A stretch of DNA of 64,000 nt from an uncultured Methanosarcinaceae archaeon (GCA_963721455.1 CAVRJG010000003.1:45300-109299); one strand, 5' to 3'; positions 48,882 to 60,975 are shown, counted from the first letter of the stretch. Numbers and translations: made by a program. The notes: a model not told the origin generated them from the sequence alone.

Positions 48882-51800
48882 TCAGGCTGCTGCTTCATAG
48901 ATGCTGCGGTTGTCACCGGCATACGAATCATAAATGTGCTGGAAGACTGTATTGCATTTTTCTTCGTAGGTTTTGGTATCGTATGATTTGGGCAGCCCTC
49001 TATCAAGTTCATCTTCGATTTCTTTTTTAACTGCCGCGATTGCCTGCTGTTTTTTCCGCCAATCCAGAACGAGTTTCTCAGCTTTTAGTGTGGAAAGCAA
49101 TTCTCTTGCAACTTTTTTTACCTGGCTCTTTTGCTTTTCGGTTAGATCAGGTTTTCTTAGCTTGTCAAAGAGGGAGAGTTCTTCCTCGGTTAAATTTTCC
49201 ATTATTGCTCTCTCATCCTCTGTTTTCAACTTTTTAGCAAATTCTACCAATTCTTTGTAAGAATGATCTACGTTAGCAGAACCTGAATTATACACTTCGA
49301 TCAGTGTTTCGAACTTTTTCTGGTAGTCAAGGCGGCTGCTATTTAATTTCATCATTTCTCTTAGTTTGTAAGAGACAAGGTTTTTCAACCATTCAAACTC
49401 GGTGTTCTTGTGCTGTTTGTCGAATCTGTCTGCCAGAGCATCAAAATCAATGTCTCTAAGAGCAACGATTCTGCCCTTTTTTGATTCCTCTATAATGTAT
49501 TCTCTGGATTTAATCGATTTATCAAGCACTCTCTGGATGCTGTCCATTACTCTTGAGATGTCAATTTCAGGATCAAGGGAATGAATTTCTTTTACCAGCT
49601 CTTCATAAAGGGTTATATGCGAAAGAAACTCCGAAGCCCGTTTGTGGGGAAGTAAGGATTTATATATTTTTAGAGCGGCTCCAGCTTCGGTTAAGAATTT
49701 CTTTTTTGTTGACTCGTTTTTGAGAATGGCATCGGTGGCGTTTTTTAAGAGCCTTATCTTCTCAAAACCCGATCTGGTTTTAATGATCTTTCCGGGATTT
49801 ACCGAGAGCCCAAGCAGGAATTTATTTATCTCTCTGACCTTCTTCGCAAGAGCTTCCAGAAGTTTTTCTTTCGGTTTGATCGGGATTTCAATTCCGCCAG
49901 ATTTTGGTGTGGCATAAATTTTCAGGGCCTCTTCAAGGTTTTCGAAGATGCCGATATAGTCAACAATGAAACCCCGGGGTTTTTTCCATAGACCCTGTTG
50001 GCCCTGGCAATTGTTTGCATGAGGCTGTGGTTTCGCATGGGCCTGTCCAGGTAAATTGTTGAAAGTGAAGGGACATCGAAGCCTTCTCTCCATTTGTTGC
50101 ATACGAAAACAATTTTAAGGCTGCTCTTTGAGTCCTTGAAAATTTTTTCCAGATCTTCCTCATTCATTCTTTTTCTGTGCGGCCTGATATTCAGCTTGTT
50201 TTCTTCAAACTTCTTTACCTCATTCTGTCCCTGGCTGACAACAACAGCCATGTCTACGCTTTCAAATTCGGAGATCAGTATTTCCAGAGATTTAGCTTCA
50301 CCTTCGGTTGTAGCTTTTTTCGTCTCCTTAAGTTCATTGATATATGGGTCCCAGTATTTTCTTACTTTGTCGTACATCTTTACCGTTGTGAGCTTATCGA
50401 TGGATACGACAAGGGCTTTTCCGGCATAACCCCGCGTAACATAGTGTTCCACAATGTCTTTTGCAATTGTTTCAAGACGGTCTTCCCTTACGATGATGTG
50501 GTATTCTTTTGCAAACTCGGTGGCAAGTTTGGACTCTTCTTCATCATCCAGACCGGCTTTTTCAATTTCTCCGTAAATATCATCATTGAGGCTATCGTTT
50601 TTCAACTGGACTTCAGGCACACGATTTTCGTAATAGAGAGGGACAGTTGCTCCGTCTTCGATAGAATGCATGAAGTTGTAGATGCTCACGTAGTCCCCAA
50701 ATGTGTCTCTCGTCTTTTCTTCTCCCACCATTAAGGGTGTACCTGTAAATCCGATGAAACCCGCATTCGGAAGAGCATCTTTCATATTCTGGGCGAGTGT
50801 ATCATACTGAGTCCTGTGGGCTTCATCCGCAATTATTATAATGTCATCCCTATCTGAAAGCTGATGGTGTTTTATGCCCTTTTTTAGTCCCGAATTTGTG
50901 GATAAGGGTGAAAACAAGCCTGTGATCTTCCTTGAGCAACTGCCTGAGATGTTCCCCACTTTTAGCCTGTACGCCTACCTCACTTATTACGCCTGCATTC
51001 TGGAAGTTCTGGTAGATTTGCTCATCCAGTTCTTCTCTGTCGGTCACGACTACAAATGTATAGTTGCCCGGAAATTTCCGCAGGATTTTTTGTGCAAAAA
51101 AGATCATGGAATAGCTTTTTCCCGAACCCGGAGTGTGCCAGAATACCCCTATTTTCCCTTCGTTCTCTTTGCGCTTCTTGAAGGATTCTATGGCGTTATT
51201 GACCCCGAAGTACTGGTGGTTTTTGGAAATGATCTTGACAGGATGCCCTTCACTGCTCGAAAAAAGCGTGAAATTTTCCAGAATATCAAGGAAGCGGCTT
51301 TTTTCGCAGGTTCCCTTTATCATTGTGTCCAGCAGGATATCTCCGGTTTCATTTTCGTCTCTGACCCTCTTCCATTCCCCAAAGTGTTCAAACCCGCTTG
51401 TAATGGTCCCTATTTGTGATTCCTGCCGTTGGAAAGGATTATGAAAGCATTGTACCAGAAGCTGCGGAATTGTGTCTTTATAGTCCGTAAGGTTATCATC
51501 AAAAGCCTCTTTGACCCTTCTGCCAGTAGCTTTTACTTCGATGAAGATCAGAGGAATCCCGTTTATGAAGCCTAAAAGATCGGTTCTTCGCGTATGCATT
51601 TCTCCAGTTATCCAGAACTGGGACGCTAAAAAGAAGTCGTTATTTCTGGGATTGTCAAAATCGATGATTTTTACGGTCTGGTCTTCAATTTCCCTCTTTC
51701 ATTTCGGACTTCGACTTTTACCCCGTTTTTGATTAAAGAATTAACTCTGATTTGCTTTTACAGGGCTAAGCCTGTCTGTCCTTTGCCAGTTCCTCGATTG

Positions 51801-52077
51801 CCTGCTCTTCAGCCCCGGCGCAAATGTAAGGATTAAGCTTTATGATTGCCTCTCTCAGCTTTTGGACAAGTAGCACTTCTGATTTTGTTTTCCTGCCCAG
51901 AGTCCCTTTTCCGTCAAGCCCGAATTTTTCATGGAAACAGTTTAAGTGAGCATAATCCAGTTTTTTGAATTCCAGAATTGCGGACTCCTCAACGAGGGAG
52001 TTCTCACTGTAATCGGAATCTGTTTCAGAATATTCTTCCGAAATTGTTATCTGGTCTGATAGAGTCACTTTTTGCAT
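48882..52077 (-). pseudogene. hsdR: Type I restriction subunit R, multiply frameshifted
   Basis: Pieces in ORFs 51766-52161, 50850-51599 (FINGIPL.FIEVK, WHTPGSGKS), 49922-50959 (DEAHR, FTGTP, EGFDVP, QTIARANR) and 48882-50102. Confidence 0.9.
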
Positions 52078-52342
52078 CTTATCATCTTTTTTCCAGCCCA
52101 GGTCCGAGCAGGTTCTACGCTGGAGAGTATATATCAAAAATATATTCAAGTCTGTTATCATCCTTTAGATTACTCTCTTATTTAAATGATATTGATTTGA
52201 GGTTTCAAATCTGAAAAAAGTATGAAGCCTAAGAATGAAACCTGAAGAATGAAGAATTAAGCTTCAAACCAGAATCAAGCCTAAAAGGGAAAGAGTAGAT
52301 CAGTTGTCCTGTGATTCTTCTTCAAAAAAGTTGTCATCCAGA

Positions 52343-52885
52343 TTAGAGATAATCTCGTAAATTGTCTCCAAGCCCGTAAGGACTATCTTCCGAATCCCGG
52401 TATAGTTTCTGAAGCCTTTCTCTGAAGTATGGGTAAAATTTTTGCCCTTCTTCAGTCCTGATCAGCTCACAGAACTTTTCCATCATGTCAGATCCACCAA
52501 CGCGAGATGCTTCGTCAATGCCTGAAAACTCACGGATGTACTTCATCACATTTTCCACAAGGGTAAGTGCCAGGTCCATTGTCCCCTTAATATCTCCGGA
52601 AGCCTCAGAATAGTCATTGATAGCTTTTTTTGCCACCGAATAACGAGGCTGACTAGCTGCCCCACGTGGATGATAGTAAACGTTTATGATCTTTTTCCGG
52701 TAAGCCTCCAGAATCTCGCTGCCACCTTCTACCTTCGCGTACCTGGCAGTGATGAACCTGCGGTCATCGGCCGAGCGCTTGTACAGGTCCCGGATAAGGT
52801 CAACAAGTTCTTTTTTGTCAGTATCCTGGAGGATTTTCTTTAAGTCAGTCCATTTATGGAATCTTCTTTTGCCATGAAAAGTCAC
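52343..52885 (-). CDS. Hypothetical helical protein inside the R-M operon (DUF6155-like)
   Basis: WTDLKK.L...DKKEL..LI.DLYK...AKKAI.DY pattern. Confidence 0.6.
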   Translation of the reverse strand: MTFHGKRRFHKWTDLKKILQDTDKKELVDLIRDLYKRSADDRRFITARYAKVEGGSEILEAYRKKIINVYYHPRGAASQPRYSVAKKAINDYSEASGDIKGTMDLALTLVENVMKYIREFSGIDEASRVGGSDMMEKFCELIRTEEGQKFYPYFRERLQKLYRDSEDSPYGLGDNLRDYL

Positions 52886-52899
52886 CTGAATTTTTCATG

Positions 52900-53464
52900 T
52901 TATGTGTCATTCTGATCTTCTTCAAAAAACTCTTCAATTTCGTTCAAATGAGGATTTTACATTCGTTCTCGAACCCCAATCTATTTCTTTTCCGTTATCG
53001 CGGACTTTAAGAAGTCTTTCCTTGAAACGGTATAAAGTGTTTTGCCTTCAGGCGTTTTTAGCAAATCGCAAAACTGTTCAAGTATGTCATAAATTTTGTC
53101 GTAGAACTCTTCATCTATGTCGCCGTATTCATTTGTATATTTCACTCCGTTTTCCACATAAGTATTAACTCCATTTTCCGGAAAATCCCTGAAGCTTCCG
53201 AATACTTTTTAATCGCCTTTTCCGCAACAGAATATCGAAGCTCTCCATAACCTTTTTTCGGAAAAATTCATTTTCAATTATTTCCGGTACTCTTCCACAA
53301 CTTTAGGAGACTCTTCCGTATCGGTGAACCTGTCAAGCAGATACCTTCTATTGTCTTCAGAATACTTGTAAAGTTCCTGAATGACATTTAGAGATTCTTT
53401 TTCCGTCTGCTTTCTGAAGTGATTTTTTCAGGTCGGACCATTTTAAATCTGAATCTTTTTTCAT
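52900..53464 (-). pseudogene. Frameshifted tandem paralogue of 52343-52885
   Basis: Fragments KWSDLKKSLQKAD, IQELYKYSEDNRRYL, LRYSVAEKAIKKYSEASG align with the neighbour. Confidence 0.75.
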
Positions 53465-54829
53465 CTTACGGCTCCCATAAGGTTAAAATTACGATTCCTG
53501 AAACTCGTTTTTATGTGAATATCCAGATCGGAACATCTATTTCTCCTGATATGAGTTTGGGAAAGAAGCAGTTTCCGGGTCTTGCGGACATTTTTGATTT
53601 TTTGCACTGATATTTTTACTTCATCCATTATTTTTACTACCAAATCATCAAGCTGTTTTACCATTCTTCTTTCATTGGAGGAACAATAATTTTTGCTTCA
53701 TGTATTTTACTCACATTAATGTTCTGTTGAGCAGCACCTTGAGCCAAACTGTTAAAATAATTACGCATCTCCAAAAGCTTGAAAAATAAAAATGATATTG
53801 TGAGCATGTCTGTATTAGGAATCAAGCCGCAGGCTGCTTGATTAAATGTAGAAGGTTTAGTTAATATATCGATTTTTCCCACAGTTGGAGCAGCATAAAT
53901 TGCCATAACAATTGTTCCTGTTGGGAATAATTTTGCAGAAGAGTTTTTCAATCCACTCTGTGTTATCATTTCTTCGGACTGAAATACGTAGCCATCAGTT
54001 AGTTGAGCTCAAACCATAAAACATTCTCCTTCTTCCCATAAATCTGAGTTTTTTTCTGGTGGGAGCATCTTCTTAGAACCGATCTTAAGAGCATAGGATT
54101 TCTCAGTGTTTTTATTTTCTCATCTTCTTGCAAATCTCCCCCAACTCAGAAGAAATCATATTTTCACATTTTTATGCCCCGGAAACCTGAACTTAACGAA
54201 CCATTCTCATAAACCAACTTTGCCATCTGTTCAAAGGATTCTATTTTCTAGTGTTGTTTTTGATGAGGTCATTGTAGTTGTAGAGAATGGAGGCGACTTT
54301 TCTTTGAATTCTGTAAAGAAGTGGTAAATATATATCCATTTCTTTTTCTAGAAAACTGATGCTTCATTCGCACTTGATTTGCAGAGCCCCTTGCATGTGC
54401 AATTATGTAATTCTGAAAAAATTCAGATTTTCCGAGCTGACCTAGGTATTTTTTATCCAGTATCTTTGTTTTTTGGTGATAATCTTACTGCATTTTGGTT
54501 AAGAAGCGAATCTTGGGCGAACTTTGGAATTATGGGCAGCCCTTCCAAAACAACTGAATTCGGTTGTGTAGGATGTGAGCCTACTGTTGTATATAAACTC
54601 AGATCCCCTTCAAATAGTATGTGTTTTTTATACTTTGTGAGACTTTCAGATGATAACATTTGCATTGATCTAAATTTAGGGTATTGTTTGAGATATTTGT
54701 GACTTGAACTACGGATATTCCAGAATCTGTGTATTCTTTTGAATTGAAGTTCTCCTTATTTGTGAACTCTGCTACATCTCCCCCCAATTTTACTTTTTTC
54801 TGGGGAGCCTTCCTTGTTAGTTTGTTCAT
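53461..54829 (-). pseudogene. hsdS: Type I specificity subunit, heavily fragmented
   Basis: ITQSGLKNSSAKLFP.GT, NQA, AQGAAQQNI, FRFPGH, RKLLL...I fragments in changing frames. Confidence 0.8.
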
Positions 54830-56403
54830 TTAATATTCGGGACCTTTCTGGAGCAATATTTACTTAACACATTGATGGAAATTTCTATCCTCCAGTTCTC
54901 TTGGCCTCTCACATTCAACCCTTCAAGTTCTCTTATTGACTTTTCTAGTCTCTCAATAAAATCTAGTCTTCAACATTTTGGTAATTCTCTGAAATCATCT
55001 TCAACGGTTTCGGAAACTCCTACATACCTCCCCGCATTTAGAGAATATCCTTGCTCTCTAACCTCATCAAGAGTTGAAACCTTACACAAACCCTTTACAT
55101 CCTCGTAATGTTCACTTCCTTCTTCTTCGCGGTAGCTCCTTACAATTCCAGCGATCTTCTCAATCTGCTCGGCGGTAAATTCCCTGTGTGCCCTGTCAAC
55201 CTGCGTAAAAATTTCCCTAGCATCGATAAAGAGAATCTTATTTTTTCGGGCGGTGCTGGTTTTTCCTTTGTCCAGGAACCAGAGGGTGCAGGGCAGGGTG
55301 ACAGTGTAGAAAAAGTTTGAGCCGATGGAAACCATCACGTCAACTGCGCTGCTTTCGATGATCTGTTTGCGGATTTCGGCTTCTGTGCCCCTGGCATCCG
55401 AGGCGGAATTTGCCATAACAAAACCGGCTCTGCCTTTTTCATTAAGGGCTGACCAGAAATGCTGGATCCAGAGGTAGTTTGCGTTATCGGTCGACGGGGT
55501 GCCGAGTGGGAGTCTTTTGTCACCTTTTACTTTTTCAAAATCGACTTTTTTCACGTTAAAAGGAGGATTTGCCATTACAAAATCGAAAGTTCAGACTGAG
55601 TTATGGATGTCTTCGTAATAGGTGTTGCCTTCTTTAATATCCCCTGAAAGGCCATTCACTGCAAGGTTCATTTTACAGAGCCTGACTGTATCGGCTACCT
55701 TTTCCTGGCCGTATATTGAGATTTCGGAACTGGCTTTTCGGTGATGGTTTTCCACGAAATGCGCACTCTGGACGAACATACCGCCTGACCCGCAGGCAGG
55801 GTCGAGGATTTTTCCGTGGTAGGGCTCGATGATTTCTACGATCAGCCTGACAAGGGATATGGGAGTGAAGAATTCCCCGCCTTTCTGGCCTTCGGCCATT
55901 GCGAATTTGCCGAGGAAATACTCGTATATCTTGCCGAAAGCATCGCCTTTGATGTCAGGGGGCAGTTTGAAGGCTTTTAAAAGGGCAATGAGCAGGTCAT
56001 TTTCAAAAAAAGTGTAATTTCGTGGCAGGATATTGGTCAGTTCAGGGTTTTCGGCTTCAATTGCTTCCATTGCATCATTGACAGCCTTTCCTGTGTTTTC
56101 GCTTTCCGGCAGGTTCAGCAAATAGGTGTATCTGGCTTTTTCCGGAAGGTAAAGGACTCCTTTTGCCTGAAAATCCACTTTCGAGATTTCGTTTTTTCTT
56201 CTCCGGCTGGATAAGTTATTTTCCATCTCCAGCTTTAGTTCCTGTTCTGCATTGGCGAATTTGAACTCAGCATATCTTAGAAATATTAATCCGAGCACGG
56301 GGACGGAATATTCCGAGGCTTTCAAGCCGGAATTAGCCCGGAGTTCATTAGCTACGTCCCATAACCTTTTTTCAGTTTCGTTATTATTGCCTGCCATTTT
56401 CAC
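54830..56403 (-). pseudogene. hsdM: Type I methyltransferase with in-frame TGA and 3' frameshift
   Basis: [30 protein letters not shown]; TGA at 55591-55593 is in frame between the two ORFs ([14 protein letters not shown]). Confidence 0.9.
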
Positions 56404-56569
56404 ATCTTCTTTTGAACTTGTTTTTACTTCTCATCACAGAATTAACATATATAAGTTACTAAAAAGTAGAGAGGTTTGATATTAATCAACTTGAACCATG
56501 AGGATTTTTTAACTTATAAAGTCCAGTTAATCTTCATAATTTGTTTGTACTTTTAATGAAGAAGTTTTC

Positions 56570-58124
56570 GTAACTACTCAGAGCTATCGATCATACTTTT
56601 TTTCTTATTTATTCCTGAAAAATTGCAAATCAATTGAAGTTCATCTTGTTTTATAATTATGCTTACATGCGAAGACATTCTTGCAATCTATAAAACTGGT
56701 CCTGAAGCTGTTATTTTTGTAATCCAGAGACTTGAAACTATTATAGAAAAACAAGCTATTCGCATTGATGAACTAGAAGAACATGGAAAGCTTTTGGAAT
56801 CTCACTTAAATCAAAACAGTAGAAACAGTAACAGACCACCTTCTACAGACTTTTTTGTCAAAGAAAAAACTAATCCAAAGAGTCGCAGAATAAAGAGTGA
56901 CAAGAAAACTGGAGGTCAAGAAGGTCATCCAGGAACGACTCTTGATATGGTCATTAACCCTGATCAGGAGATAGAGCATTCTTTGCACTGGTGCGAAGAA
57001 TGCGGATGCAGCCTTGAGAATATGGAAGTTGAAAATTACGAGATAAGACAGGTTTTCGACATTCCACCTATAAGTCTAATTGTTACGGAACATAAAAGCC
57101 AGATTAAAACCTGTCCTCACTGTGGGAAATTGAACAAAGCTGTTTTTCCTGAATCAGTAAAATATCCAGTTCAATATGGTCCTAACATTTTAGCTTCAGC
57201 AATTTACTGTAAAAACTATCAGTTTATTCCCTATGAAAGGATTTCTGAGTTTTTCTATGACATTATGGGAATAAAAATCTGTTCTGCTACCATTATTCGA
57301 GCTGAAAGAGTCTGTTTCCGGAATTTAGAGGACTTTGAAAACGTAATTCGAGAAAAATTAAAAGCCTCTACTGTCATCCATTGTGATGAAACAGGGATGA
57401 AAATTAATAAAGAAGGATACTGGCTTCACGTAGTTTCTAATGACAAATACACCTGTTATCTTGCTCATCCAAAAAGAGGGTCAGAAGCGATGGATGCTAT
57501 GGGAATTCTTCCTCAGTTTAAAGGGATAGCAGTTCATGATGGATGGAAACCCTACAACAATTATGATTGTGATCATGCTCTTTGTAACGCTCATCTACAG
57601 AGAGAACTTACTGGAATTGAAGAGAATTATAAACAGCAATGGGCTAAAGATATGAATGAACTGTTAGCGGAAATGAAAAAGTATGCTGATGAATGTAAAG
57701 AGAAGACACAAGAGTTAGATTTCGAGAAAATTAAAGCGTTCGGGGAAAGGTTCAATGATATCGTCATTAAAGGAATTGAGGAAAATCCACCATCTCTAAA
57801 TCCTGTAAAACAGGGAAAATGTGGAAGGAATCCTAAAACCAAAGCAAGGAATCTACTTGAAAGGTTCATAGAACATAAAGAAAAGATATTGAGATTCCTG
57901 ACAGATTTGAGAGTTCCATTTGAGAATAATCAAGCAGAAAGAGATATCAGGATGATGAAACTACAGCAGAAAATATCAGGAACTTTCAGAACAACACGAG
58001 GAGCGGAAGCTTTCTGCAGAATTAGAGCTTACATTTCTACAATCAGAAAGAATAATTTGCCTGTTTTAGAGGGAGTTCTAGCAGCGCTCCAAGGAACGCC
58101 GCTAACCATACCCTGAACAGTTAC
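56570..58124 (+). mobile_element. IS66-family insertion sequence (single ORF)
   Basis: TIRs GTAACTACTCAG / CTGAACAGTTAC; flanks do not form a TSD. Confidence 0.88.
56659..58116 (+). CDS. IS66-family transposase, intact ORF
   Basis: NS.NS..PPSTD, GGQEGH.G, CEECG...CPHCG, HCDETG, VHDG, CNAHLQRE, NNQAERDIR. Confidence 0.93.
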   Translation: MLTCEDILAIYKTGPEAVIFVIQRLETIIEKQAIRIDELEEHGKLLESHLNQNSRNSNRPPSTDFFVKEKTNPKSRRIKSDKKTGGQEGHPGTTLDMVINPDQEIEHSLHWCEECGCSLENMEVENYEIRQVFDIPPISLIVTEHKSQIKTCPHCGKLNKAVFPESVKYPVQYGPNILASAIYCKNYQFIPYERISEFFYDIMGIKICSATIIRAERVCFRNLEDFENVIREKLKASTVIHCDETGMKINKEGYWLHVVSNDKYTCYLAHPKRGSEAMDAMGILPQFKGIAVHDGWKPYNNYDCDHALCNAHLQRELTGIEENYKQQWAKDMNELLAEMKKYADECKEKTQELDFEKIKAFGERFNDIVIKGIEENPPSLNPVKQGKCGRNPKTKARNLLERFIEHKEKILRFLTDLRVPFENNQAERDIRMMKLQQKISGTFRTTRGAEAFCRIRAYISTIRKNNLPVLEGVLAALQGTPLTIP

Positions 58125-58170
58125 CTTTTTTAATAAAATATATCTAATTGGGCGACCAATATCAAACAAT

Positions 58171-58677
58171 ATGCCTCCAAGAAAGCAAAAAATCCAAGCT
58201 CCGGATAAGGCTTCTTCAAAGTTGTATACACTGGTCGTCTATCTTATAGGAGGACCGATAAGCGACGAATATGAAGGCGAAATAATTTCCCGTACTATCC
58301 AGATCCAGGGAGACCAGACTTTAGAAGACCTCCACAGAACCATTTTCGAGGCTTTCAACCGTTTCGATGAACATCTCTACGAGTTTATGCTAGGCGTTGG
58401 TCCAGATGATAGATCAGCTATTTATTCTCTGCCAATAGATCTGGATTTTCCAGAACTAGACGAAGAGACGAACGGCGATGTCCGCAACACTACTCTCAAT
58501 TCACTGGGCCTACAGGTTGATCGAGCTTTCGGTTACCGTTTTGATTTTGGAGACGAATGGCTACACCAGATAGATGTCGAAGCCATTGAGGATTATTCAG
58601 GAAAAGGAAAATATCCGAAGATCACAAAGAAAGTTGGCAAAAGCCCACCGCAGTACACATACGAAAACGATGAATAG
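58171..58677 (+). CDS. pRiA4b ORF-3-like (IS1096 passenger TnpR family) protein
   Basis: RTIQI....TLEDLH..IF.AF....HLYEF, Y.FDFGDEW.H.I. Confidence 0.85.
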   Translation: MPPRKQKIQAPDKASSKLYTLVVYLIGGPISDEYEGEIISRTIQIQGDQTLEDLHRTIFEAFNRFDEHLYEFMLGVGPDDRSAIYSLPIDLDFPELDEETNGDVRNTTLNSLGLQVDRAFGYRFDFGDEWLHQIDVEAIEDYSGKGKYPKITKKVGKSPPQYTYENDE

Positions 58678-58880
58678 CCTTGGCCTCGCAGGGAAATAAA
58701 GATTATAGACCTTGTGGAAAGTTGAAAGTATTGACCTTGCTTCTATCCAAAAATAAATAGGTTTTACCATAAAACCTCTGTATTTTCACCATTTTTGCCT
58801 TGATTTTGATGTAAAATTGGGCTTAAACACGGGAAATACATATGTTTTAATTGTATACATTTTTCCGATGTGCGATTTTA

Positions 58881-60485
58881 GGAATAACAAATATATAATT
58901 TAAAGTATTTTTATTGTCATATAATATTGTTGATTAAAATCTGTTAGAAATGACAAGGAATTGACTTAATGCTGCGCACAAAATATTCTGAGGAAATTGA
59001 AAAACAAATGAAAGTGTTTTATAACACTTTAAATGAGAAAGATCGAAGAAGATATGCAGCCATAGAAGCAATGAAATTAGGTCATGGGGGACAAAACTAC
59101 ATAAGTAGTGTTCTAGGCTGTCATTTTCAAACTGTTATGGCTGGAATTAGTGAAATCACTAATGGTATAGAAAAACCAGATAACAGGATTCGAAAGCCTG
59201 GTGGAGGTAAAAAGAAAATCATCGATACAGTCGAGAATATTGATGAAGTTTTCTTTGAGATTTTAAAAGATCATACGGCTGGAAGCCCTATGGATAACGA
59301 AATAAAATGGACAAATCTGAGTCTTAAGGAGATTTCAAAGGCTTTTGAAGCAAAAGGCATGAACATAAGTCCCCATGTAGTAAAGCAGCTCTTAAAGAAA
59401 CATGGTTTTGCAAAGAGAAAGATGCAAAAAACCGTCACAATGAAAGATTGTAAAGATAGGAATGAGCAATTTGAGAGGATTCGTGAGTTAAAAGAAGAGT
59501 ACTCAAAAAGCAAGAATCCGATTATCAGTATAGATGTCAAAAAAAAGAATTCATAGGCAACTTCTACCGTGACGGAAAAGTTTATTGTACTCAGCCAGTT
59601 AAGGTTTATGACCACGATTTCAATACATTTTCAGATGGCATTGTAATTCCACATGGCATTTACGACTTAAAACGTAACGAAGGATACATCACTTTAGGAA
59701 CCAGTAAGGATACAAGCGAGTTTTGTTGTGATGGCATTAAAGACTGGTGGAAAAACTACGGTAAGCAAAATTATCCAGAAGCAAATAGCGTTTTAACCTT
59801 AGCCGATAGCGGTGGAAGCAACTCAAGTAGACATTTTATATTTAAAGAAGACTTACAAAAACTAGTAGACGAAATTGGGATTGAAATCAGAATGGCTCAT
59901 TATCCATCATATACTTCGAAATACAATCCAATAGAACACAGGTTATTCTGTCATGTTACAAGTGCCTGCAAAGGTGTTGTCTTTAGCAGTATCCTACTTT
60001 CGGCAGGTCGACATTAAAAATTAGAATATTTTTCTTGATGCCGTTTTTGAACATTCACTAACTATAGATTAGGTTTAAAGCTGGTTAACAGGTGGCTCAA
60101 CTCCCACAGCATATATAAATACTAAATCATTTTTTCATTAAAGTTTAGTATGAGAAATTAATAATTGGTCATATGTAAACCTATCAATTACACACAAGTA
60201 AGGAGCATTATTTCAAAATCGCCATCAGTAAAATTATCAAAAATTAAACGTCGACCTGCCGAAAGTAGGCAGTATTGATGTGGTCAAAAGCCTTATTGAT
60301 AAGACTTCTACATCAACAGGATTAAAAGTGTTTTCGACTATCAAAAATAAAGTTTATGCAAAGGCAAGAAAAGTAAGTGAAAACTTCAAGGAAAACATGA
60401 AAATTGTATTTGACGATTATTTGGGGAAATGGAATTATAAAGTAATTCCCGAAGTAGAAATGTGAAGTTATTTTTTAGCTATTCC
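58881..60485 (+). mobile_element. ISAzo13-family insertion sequence, interrupted by a MITE
   Basis: Imperfect TIRs GGAATAAC.. / ..GCTATTCC, 3-bp TSD TTA; transposase motifs LNEKDRRRYAA, RIRKPGGG.K, ISIDVKKK, ADSGGSN, HYPSYTSKYNPIEHRLF, GKWNY. Confidence 0.88.
59993..60269. mobile_element. 277-bp MITE inside the ISAzo13 transposase
   Basis: Perfect 20-bp TIR CCTACTTTCGGCAGGTCGAC; 6-bp TSD CAGTAT; excision restores VFSSIDVVKSL. Confidence 0.95.
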
Positions 60486-60702
60486 TTAATAACAAAAATC
60501 ATTAAAATATCATCATGAATCAGAAACTTAACTCTATAATCACCCACTCTTATGCGATATTCTTGAGATTTGCTAGATGTTGTTAACTTCTCGACGCCTC
60601 TATGACGTGGATTTTCCTGCAATTCTTCAATAGCATAACGGATTCTCTCTTGCACATCAGAAGGTAGCTTCATTAAATCTTTTTTTGCTGAACTGGTATA
60701 GT

Positions 60703-60975
60703 TCACGGCATACATGCTTTTTCCGTCTGTTTTTCAGCACGTTCTCTATCTATTTCAGCCCATACCTCTTCATGTGTATAATATTTACCTTCTTTGATTT
60801 CCTGTAGTGCCGTTTCTAAATCTTTTACATCTTCTTCAGTATAAGGTTCATCGCTATATGCATTCTTTAACAATCGTTTCACAACAGAATTATAAGACTC
60901 ATTCTCATGAATCCTCAATCCTCTAAGCAATTCTTTCACTTCAGGCTCAACACAGATAGTTGTTGTAGCTACCAT
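60703..60975 (-). CDS. Putative antitoxin of the split RelE
   Basis: TTTICV..EVKELL..L....ESYNSVVKRLL, acidic tail, overlaps toxin start; resembles 23406-23600. Confidence 0.75.
   Translation of the reverse strand: MVATTTICVEPEVKELLRGLRIHENESYNSVVKRLLKNAYSDEPYTEEDVKDLETALQEIKEGKYYTHEEVWAEIDRERAEKQTEKACMP

Larger units (their letters stand above)
58847..60715 (-). pseudogene. RelE-family toxin gene split by ISAzo13 near its 3' end
   Basis: 60479-60715 gives YRIRVGDYRV...IFVIK; removing the IS restores IFVIKIAHRKNVYN* ending at 58847. Confidence 0.85.

Noticed and set aside
55591-55593. Selenocysteine recoding of the in-frame TGA in hsdM
   Set aside because: Not a catalytic Cys position, the rest of the operon is decayed, and Methanosarcina are not known to use Sec; a nonsense mutation is simpler.
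60479-60481. Pyrrolysine read-through of the truncated relE TAG
   Set aside because: The TAG comes from the IS end; read-through gives IS antisense sequence, not the RelE tail.
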